Shown: piece by piece, positions 55,401 through 64,000 of the stretch
Numbering within the stretch: the stretch's first letter is position 1
How the letters are laid out: each line of letters starts with the position of its first letter
Source of the DNA: Cycas panzhihuaensis
Lineage: Eukaryota; Plantae; Cycadophyta
DNA: 64,000 bases
Direction: 5' to 3'
Assembly (NCBI GenBank): GCA_023213395.1
Contig: CM041465.1
Location: forward strand, 242,055,741 to 242,119,740
Notes under the pieces: generated by a model
Told to the model about the DNA's origin: nothing
What the model saw: the letters and a program-made list of their open reading frames with translations, nothing else
Database searches by the model: none
Translations under genes and position numbers: made by a program

Positions 55401-57290
55401 GGGGATCCAAGAGGGGCAATAACCCTAGAAGTAAAAAGCAAGTAGGGGTTTGGGAGTGATAGCCCCAAAAGTAGAAGGCTAAGGCTTAAAACATATCAAA
55501 TTATAAAGGGAATCTAGGTCATTCATCAAAAAGACCTAGATCTGATGACTACGATTGATCTGCCCTTCTTGTAACCTATTTTTAGGGTAATTATATCATA
55601 GTGTATTGTAATTATATTGCCTTATGAAGGGGTAGCTATTGGTTTTCATTGTTATGGAAATTCTATGGAGACTGCATGTACAATCTTTCATTCCTAACTA
55701 ATAAGATCAATACCTTTCCTATGTGGATGTTTGCCTAACACTCTGCTAGGGTTTTACCACATTAAAATGTATGTATTAGGTAATGTGTATGCTTTATTAT
55801 GTATGTTGAATAATCTATGGTTTTAGAGACTTGCATTTATTGTAGTTTCGAATCCTTATTATTATTACAAAATAGTTAGATCTTGGTGGCTAGTTTTGGT
55901 TAGTTAAACTAAGTTTTCTCAATAATTTAATCTTATAGAATAATACTTAGGAGCTAGTTGAGCTACCTAAAGGGAAGAAACTAATTGATCATAAATGGAT
56001 TTACAAAATAAATTTCATATAGATGGCTTTATGTAGTAATGTAAAGCCTATTTGGTTGCCAAAGGTTTTAAATAAATCGAAGGAATTAACTATGATGGCA
56101 TATTTATACCAGTTGCTAAAATGACCATTATTAAGCTTGTTTAGGAACTTACAACTCAATTCAAATGGCCTGTATACCAAATGGATGTAAAATACATCTT
56201 TTTGAATGGTGACTTGTAGGAGGAAATCTATATAAATCAACCTCTTAACTTTGTGGTTTGTGGAAAAGAACACCTGGTTTATAAACTTAAAAAGGCATTA
56301 TATGGCCTTAAATAATGACTTCATGCTCACTCTGGTCATACTTTATGTCGATAATTTATTGATAATTAGTAATGACATAGAGTGGATTTCATATCTCCAG
56401 GGAGAACTAAAATGTAACTTTGAGATGATTGACCTTGAGTTGCTCCATTACTTTCTTGGCATGGAAGTTTGGAAGGAGTTAGGCCATTTTTTCCTTTTAT
56501 ATTCAAAATACGTAAAGGAAATTCTTCAAAATTGTAAGATAGATGAATGTAAACCATTTCTAACTCCTATGGAGACAAGTTTGAATTAGATATTGATAAG
56601 CATGGAAAACCTATAGATCTAACATTATATAAATAACTTGTGTGGAAACTAATTTAACTCATATATACTCATTGAAATATTACCTGTGTTATTGGGATCT
56701 ATCCTTGGTTTATGACACAACCTAAACTCTCACATTAGAAAGCAACAATGAGGATACTAAAATATCTTCGAGATACTCTTTAGTTTAGACTTGATTACTA
56801 TTATATGTAGAATCCTTTATTGATAGGTTACATAGGTGTAGATTGAGTTGGATGTAAAGATAGTTATAGATCAACCTTATGTTATAGTTTTAACCTAACT
56901 TCTACTTTAGTTTCATGGTCCTATAAAAAGTAGCTTAATATCATACATTCTTCAATTAAAATTGAGTATAAAGATATTGTTAGTTCCACTACTAAGACTA
57001 TTTAGCTTAGGTAGATTATTGAAGAGCTTGGACTCAATGAAACATAAGTTATATCTATGTTTTGGGATAATCAAAGTGTTTTAAAATTGACTAAGAATCG
57101 TGCATTCCATACTAGAATAAAACATATTGAGGTTCACCATCACTTCATCAAGGAGCATATATAGGATGGTAAGATTGATTTGATTTATAAGCCTACCAAA
57201 GCATAGATTATAGATATCTTCACAAAAACACATTCTCATGATAAATTCAAAAGTTTTAGCTTAGCCTAAGTGTTAGAATTAATAAAAACA
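52451..57290 (+). pseudogene. Copia D gag-pol, degenerate, interrupted by a solo LTR
   Basis: PR LIDSGAS*HM at about 53555, INT LVHLDICG and DNGVEY, RT LYVDNLLI, RH RIKHIEVHHHFIKE. Start approximate. Confidence 0.85.
55318..55924 (+). mobile_element. Solo LTR related to the Tork-like family
   Basis: TATTAGATA...TTCTCAATA termini and the shared block CCTTTCCTATGTGGATGTTT...CTGCTAGGGTTTTACCAC. TSD attca/attta. Removal restores EMDSIL*NNT*ELVELP. Confidence 0.9.
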
Positions 57291-57304
57291 GCATTAAGGG
57301 AGGG

Positions 57305-57768
57305 TGATAGAAGAATTAATATTTATTTCATTAATTTATTGATCTTCATATCATTAATATTAATTTTGTAGATATTTCTGATGAGGGTTTCATTTCATAT
57401 AAATGGGTTAAGACACAACTTAATGTTGTGAACCTAGTTGTATAGGGTTATGTTTTGTCCTCATATAAAGGTGTTATAGATTAGTGCAATAATGCAAGGT
57501 ATATCTGACACCTCGCATGACCCTTTGATTCACCTTCCTTACATTTTTGTAATCGCCTCCTTTTATTTAATATAGAAGGCATTCTTCATATTATATTGTG
57601 CTTTGATTTCTTATAAATGAATGAATAGAAGCATTCTGATTTGGAGTATTAAGGATTAATTCCTATGCTTTTATGCTTACCTTTATTTTAATTTCTATTG
57701 AATATCTGTAAGGATGTCATGAATCTTGAACCTTGGTTATAAACTAGGTAGACATCCATCCTCTTTCA
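57305..57768 (+). repeat. 3' LTR of copia D
   Basis: Direct repeat of 50190-50583, following the PPT. Confidence 0.88.
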
Positions 57769-58492
57769 AGGGGTACTACTCCTATAGAGTCTATAACCTT
57801 ATCACTTTTTGTTTATATCATTTTCTTTTTAGTTCATTTATCTTTCAAATAACAACAAAAAAAAAAGAAAAAATTAATAAAACAATCAAAAAATCTAAAA
57901 ACATCACAAATTAACAAAATTAAAAAATTATAAAACCAAAAAATAATTTAAAAACTTAGCTCTAAGATGACCCTAGCAACTCCTCCTCTAAAAGATGACC
58001 ATTAATGAGGCTAAACTATAATGATTATCTTTGACTTTTAAGTCTTCATCTTTTGGCATTTGAGATACCCCCTCTTCTGCCAAAGACCTTTAGCTTCAAA
58101 GCCTAAATCATTGGCCTTTAGTCCCAACCTTTCTAGTTACTAATGCAACCCCTCAACCACTTAAATTTACTTTAAGAAGTAACTTCTAAGGAGGATAAAC
58201 TATAATAGCCTTATTTATATTTATCTAGGTTTGTCATAACCACTAGCTTGTCTTTGTTTAATAAGGTCACTAGCTAGTCTATTGCCCTAGTCAGTACACC
58301 TGTAAGGTGTAAACTTATGAGGCTAAACTAAGGGAAACATTCTTTAAACACCTACTAAGGAGGATAAACTATGGTAGACCAATTTTCCCTTTCATATCTA
58401 TAAGATTATTATTGATCTAATCAGAGCTTTGTTGACAACATTCACCATCTTACAGTCATAACCTAAAGAGGTTCTACTACTAAGAGGGTAAG

Positions 58493-58900
58493 TGTTTTTT
58501 GTAATCTAGGAGTATCTTAGACATCACAATAATAAATAAGTGAGGATAAATAATTACTCCTTAACATAGATTAGTCTAGCTTAGATTAGCTATTTTGTGA
58601 GCATATGCCTAAGGTTTCTTATTGATTTGATGGGTGAGAATAATCATACCTTTGTTGATGATGACTTCAACCATGATTAATGTCTATATAACTATCCCTT
58701 TAAGCTTAATGAGTTGAAAGCAGTCACCTAGTACCTTTGTAAGACATATATTTCCCCTTTCTTATTTTATTTATATCTCTGTCTTTCTCTTATTACTTTA
58801 TTAACCTTGTTTGCATCTATTTTAGTCTATATTCATTTGATTTCTTCTTATCCCATTATGTCTTTTGCTTGTCCTACCTTCTTTTTTATGATATTGTGAT
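58493..58900 (+). repeat. Start of a Tat-type 3' LTR of a different subfamily (probably T-C); interrupted, end approximate
   Basis: Preceded by GTTGACAACATTCACCATC (as at about 9057 and 39607, before the other Tat LTRs) and PPT AAGAGGGTAAG, then TGTTT. Confidence 0.65.
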
Positions 58901-61900
58901 GATTAGTAAAATACCTAATCAATTTTTATATAGAAAAGTCGAATTTGCCAGAGATTCATGATACCACAAAGATCTTCATGGTATTAATTTTTGCACTTAT
59001 AATTTTGTTTAGACTTGTATTTGATCACATATTTATGGCACCCAAATATGGGCCTTATTTATTACCCTATTAATACCATGATTAGCCCATCAATTTTATT
59101 AAAACCATAAGCTATGTCATATCAAATGCCATTTATTCCTATTTTTTTGGGCCAAATCCATGGGCTACTACCTATGGTTTCTCTCAATATAATGGGTTTG
59201 AAGCCATGGGCTAAACCACTCATTCTCATTTATAAAAGCCTTTCATTTTTTAATAGAAAGGGAGATCAAGTGAATAGTATGCTGAATTATTATTATTCTA
59301 CCGAATTCCATCTAGACTTACTAAGTTCATCCATTTTCCATCTTAGCTTACACTTTAGATTTTAAAGTTGAGTGTTAGATGTGTTGGAGCATTCATTGGT
59401 TGGAGCAAATTATCACTTGCATCATTTTCATCCTTTATAATGGGGTAATCCCCCTACTAATTTAGCCTTTTACCTTTGTTCTAAGATGGAAAGTAACTTT
59501 AGTACCACTTGTTAGGTCTCCATAAGAAGGGGTCATATAACCATTTCTGAGGCCCTTTCTTTATCCACCATCAATCATTTTATCATTTTGTTTATTTTGC
59601 TTGTTATAATAGGTTTTTTTAATCCTTTCATTTTATAATAATAGTGCATGCCACTAATAACTTGTAGGTTGAGGAGCTCACTATTTTTCTTGTAAGCTTT
59701 GGGAGTGAGAGGAGTAAATTTTGTTAGTAATAATGTTCATTTAATTTATTATTAAGTATGAAACACAACTTTAGAATGCCATGGGACTACTACTTAGGCA
59801 TTAGGTATGTAGGCTTGCCCAATGTCTTGACTATAAATATAGGGTCTTATGGCCTAATGATGTTCTTTAACACCACCTTTAATATATAAATTTATGTTAT
59901 GTTCTTTATTATGGGATTATAATTATGTTCTTCTTTACCCTCGATCCTTTATTTGGTATCAGAGATTGATATTTTTGATCCATGGAGCATCACAACAACT
60001 TATTATGTAATATATTTTAAATATTTGCTTAATTTTCAATAGTTTTATAACATTTTCATATAATTTCTATTAACTATTTGAGATATTTACTTCATATACT
60101 CTTTGTATTCATATATTTAAAAATTTTCCTCAATATTTACAGGTATATATAACTCAACATCATTTTAGAATAATTCTATATAAGTTTTATTTGATATTTT
60201 ATTATTTTTTAATTAGTTCTCAGCTTTTTGAAGTTTGTTTAAGTTCCTAGACTTTGATAGGCTGGTGCACCTTAACCATTGGATGAAATATTCACAAGTG
60301 ACCACTTATTCTACTCCTCAATAAGTCTACTTTACTCTAGATCAATCAGATCAAAAAATTATCCCCTTTCAACTAAGATATCACATTTAGAAGGTAGCAC
60401 ACTTTGTCTACCTACTGAAACCCTACTTCTCAGTTTAAATCGCATTGTAATATAGTTTATTTTTTCACTTCATCAATATTTATTACATAGTTTATATCCT
60501 ATAGTCTTTTACTATAGTTTTATACCAGATTTTACTTAATAATATATTCTATTTATTCATTTTTATGATTATGCATCGTGCATTTCATATAGCCCAAAGG
60601 GCATCTATTTGATGGCTAAGAATCATGTTTTTGTACATATACTTACTATATACAGCTTTACACTGATTTAAAGTAGATTTACTAAAGTTTCAAAATATTT
60701 CTTCAATTAATTTTCATCATATTTTCTTAATTTTAGGTTTAATCAATTCTTTGAATTTTGATGGACTAGTGCACTTCAATAAGAAGATAAAACTGCATCA
60801 TATGATTGCTTATCTTACTCCTTTATGAGTCTACTTTGTATTGGACAAGATAGTTTGTCAATTGATTGCTCGGTTGAAGAGAAATCTCAATTAGAAGCCC
60901 AATTACTTTATGGGTTTACAAAATCTTTCCATCCATCTATATTTCTCAATATTATTTCAAATTTTTATCATTTTTTCTCAACGTTTTTTTGGAGACTTGG
61001 ATGACTAGTCTCTACACATTTATTTAAGTAATTTATATACTATTTTATGGCCCCTTTTGATCAATCTAATCAATGAAAAAACCACTTTGTGCATCGTGCG
61101 AACTCTATGTATTTTTTAATTTGTTAAAAAAATAATTTTTAATATATTTTTAATATATTTTACAAAAAATTTATCACTTTTGATATTTTTTGGGGTTTAT
61201 GCCCCCTTCACTCTCTAGTAGTGGGCTTATCAAGCCCCCATGTAACTACAATCTTCATGTTTTAGGGGTGTATTTCAAATAATTATAAGTTATTTTTAGT
61301 AATTTTGGTTTTAAAGGGATTAAAGTAGCTTTTATAAATTTTTAGGGTTTGTAGCCCCCTTTGCTAACTAGTAGGAGGTCACATGTACTGACCTAGTGAC
61401 CAGGGGGACAATTTACTAAGGGGCTTAAGTACCCTTCCTTTTATTTTTTTACTTATAAGTAGGTGTCTCTACTATTTTCTAAATATTTTTCAAACTAGGA
61501 GTTTATTTTTTGAATAATTTAAACCATTAGAAAGTTAACTCAGAGACCTATGTACTAGAATCTTTTTATTCTAATTTGAAGTTGTTTTATAGAGTTTCTA
61601 AGCTACTAAACTTAGGCCTCTTATTTGGTCCTAATTTGAGCTTTTCATTTCATTTTCAAAGTAATTTTCTTAAAATAATTAAAGCATATAGATAATATAT
61701 TGGTATACTAACATGTTATAGTAGATTTTGTTTTAAAATTTAAGGCTTATAAATGTTTTTTGACTAAGTTTGTATATGTTTACCCTTTAAGAAGGAAGCA
61801 AATATTTTTGATAATTTTTTACAATAAAATAGCACCATAATCCTTATATATTTTAATTTACTTTATTTAAACTACCAATTTTAATTTTATTTCATTTAAA

Positions 61901-62220
61901 GATCATTTCATTTCATTTATTGCTATATTTTGAAGTTATTTTTACAATTATTATCAAAAGGAATCCTTGTTCGTAAATTGAACCATACTTAAAATTAATT
62001 TTAATATTAATAAGATAATATCCTAATTAAACAACCATATTTTCTAGCCTTATAATGGGAATTGTTAGGACCCTTGAAGTTACCACCGTGTATACATCTT
62101 TGGTGGACTCTTGGTTATTAAGAAAACCATTGACTATTAAGTGTATTTAGTGGTAGGATGAGGTGGAGAACTTTATCCTTTTTAGAGTTTAGAGACTAGG
62201 CTAGACCTGGAGGGGGTAGG
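58900..62220 (+). mobile_element. 5' part (LTR, PBS, long leader) of copia-like element E, related to D; LTR start not resolved
   Basis: PBS TGGTATCAGAG at 59954-59964. Leader block 62055-62220 is homologous to D leader 52075-52250. Interrupted by Tork copy 3. Confidence 0.65.
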
Positions 62221-62878
62221 TGTTAGATAATGTGATAATAGTGTCTTGGAGGCCAGAATTTTGACAGGTTGGCAATGCAGTTTCCTCCTCAAACTTCCTC
62301 AGGGGGATCCAAGTGGGGTGGGAGCCCCCTTTGGCTAGGGGATGTGGGGGGCATTAAAACTCCCCCTACAAAGAGAGGGTTTGGGGGTGACAACCCTTAA
62401 CCTAAAAAGCTAGCACTAAAAAGCATACTAAATTGTAAAGAGAATTAGGGTTGTTCATTCAAAATACCCTAGATTCAATGGTTGAGATTTGTGCCTTATA
62501 TGACTCTCTCATATAGCCTGATTTAGAGTATTTTTTCATTATGTTGATTGTATTTGATGTATTGGATGTACTGTGAGGAGTTAGGTAGTTAGTTATTATT
62601 GTTATGAGGATTCTACTATAGATTATATATATTTCTCCATTCTTTGATAATAAAGATCGATACCTTTACTATGTGGATATTTCCCTAGCACATTGCTAGG
62701 GTTTTACCACATTATATCAGGTGTATATATGATGCTTTGGCTTTCTAATTCATTTATTATATTATCTTTGGTTTAAGAACTTGCATGTTAAATTTTAGTT
62801 TTGATTCCTATAACTAATTACAAAATAGTTTAGAACTTGGTGGTGGTTTATGGTTATTGGGACCAAGTTTTCTCAACA
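62221..62878 (+). repeat. 5' LTR of Tork copy 3
   Basis: TGTTAGATAATGTG...TTCTCAACA, homologous to 42850-43506. Confidence 0.94.
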
Positions 62879-64000
62879 ACTGGTATCAGAGCCACTTTTA
62901 TTTTTATAGTGAGTTTGTGAAGGTTTTGGTATTGACTTTTTCTACACCAAATGGTGAAACTGGAAAATGTAAAGTTCAAGGTGAAGAAATTTAATGGTAA
63001 GAATAACTTCTAGTTGTGGAAGATGAAATCATATAATGTTCAAGTACAATAAGGTTTATACAAGCTCTTGTAGGTAAATTGAAGAAACCCATAGGGATAG
63101 ACGATGGCAAATAGGATGATCTAGACAAAAGAGCTCTTAGCATAATATGATTATGTTTGGCAGATAAATTTCTGTTTAACATCATAGAGGAGCAAATAAT
63201 AGTAGGATTATGGAGCTAGTTGGAAGGCTTGTATATAACCAAATCAGTGACGAATCAAATCTACTTAAAGAGGTAGCTGTACTCATTCTAGATAAAGGAA
63301 TATATAAAAATTATAGATCATTTAAACATTTTTAATACTCTTATTTTTTGATTGGCTAGTATTGATGTCAAGATTGAGGATGAGGATAAGGTTGTTACCT
63401 TGTTATGTTCATTACCAGAATCCTAGGATAATATTGTGACCTCAATTAGTTTTAGCACTATAAATGAATTAGACTATGATTATGTTGTGAGTGCTTTGTT
63501 GATAGAAGAAGTGAGGAGGAAGTCTAGTCTTAAAACCTTCATGCCAAAAGCAAGGGGTAGAACAATTGAGAGAGGATAAAGCTCTAGGGATATATCGAGA
63601 TCAAAGTCAAAAGGCAAGGAGAGTAAGCTCAGATGTTTGAACTACAATAAGACAAGTCACCTTAAGAAGGATTGCTATAAAAGGAAGGAGTTCTAGAAAA
63701 AGGAAGATTCTACCAAGGAGGCTAATCATGTGGAGTTAAATCAAGGAGTGGAGCAAGTCTTATGAGAAGAAGCCATTCAAACAACTTGTTATTTAGTAAA
63801 TATATCACCATCACTTGTAATAGACTACAAGATTCCTAAAGAGGTATGGATTGGACATCTATGTGACTATTTAAATTTGAAAATTTTTGGTTATGATGCT
63901 TATGCCTTAACTAATAAAAGTCAACGTTTAAAGTTAAACCCAAAATCTAAGAGTTGTATCTTTGTTGGTTTTGGTGATAGAGATAGTGTGAAGGGATACA
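62221..64000 (+). mobile_element. Tork-like copy 3 (5' LTR, PBS, gag fused to INT C-terminus; runs off the window end)
   Basis: LTR 62221-62878, PBS TGGTATCAGAGC 62881-62892, gag ATG 62951, and a 990-nt gap at 63745/63746 relative to copy 2. Confidence 0.94.

Larger units (their letters stand above)
50190..57768 (+). mobile_element. Ty1/copia element D (1.85 kb leader), heavily decayed
   Basis: LTRs 50190-50583 and 57305-57768 (TGATAGAAG...TCA), PBS TGGCATCAAAGC 50586-50597, PPT AAGGGAGGG 57296-57304. The flanks aggtc/agggg are only a poor TSD. Confidence 0.9.
12374..58900 (+). mobile_element. Ty3/gypsy Tat-like element T-C (gag-PR-RT-RH-INT), fragmented by nested insertions; both ends uncertain
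   Basis: The pol frame is restored on removing 15854-19274 and 21618-48230 (KGMVV|VE*LAHMP). Assignment of the 3' region and the 58493 LTR to T-C is tentative. Confidence 0.7.

Noticed and set aside
50185-57773. TSD for copia D
   Set aside because: aggtc versus agggg matches only 3 of 5, so it was not used as evidence.
57980-58380. CRISPR-like repeat-spacer array
   Set aside because: Repeats are short, degenerate and irregularly spaced, lie in a plant retroelement UTR, and no cas genes are present.
9100-62200. Many 60-100 aa ORFs in LTRs and leaders as host genes
   Set aside because: They have no recognisable domains and are not conserved between duplicate LTR copies.

Overview
The whole 64 kb is a nest of decayed plant LTR retrotransposons. 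I found no host gene, RNA gene or intact long ORF. The lineages and heavy C>T/G>A decay suggest a large methylated genome, possibly a gymnosperm (inference). Three Ty3/gypsy Tat-like elements form the scaffold. T-A runs 3320-12373 (3' half only). T-C runs from about 12374 to about 58900 and is split by insertions. T-B runs 21618-48230 and sits in the T-C pol gene with TSD GTTGT. Nested in them are three copies of a Tnt1/Tork-like copia (1-3319 minus, 42850-48200, 62221->64000), a related solo LTR (55318-55924), two long-leader copia elements (27545-35174, 50190-57768), the 5' part of a third (about 58900-62220) and a 3.4 kb non-autonomous element (15854-19274 minus). The main observations are four. 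(1) T-A and T-B both carry, 3' of pol, a divergent two-gene cassette: an antisense, apparently intron-containing Plant Mobile Domain (PMD) gene and a stand-alone sense RNase HI ORF with its own ATG. T-B keeps the cassette but has lost RT/RH/INT. (2) The third Tork copy lacks exactly a 990-nt GT...AG segment, like a reverse-transcribed spliced RNA. (3) A motif of about 18 nt follows the stop codon of each sense Tat ORF and occurs 10 times. (4) A leader module is shared by three different copia elements. All alignments and translations were done by eye.
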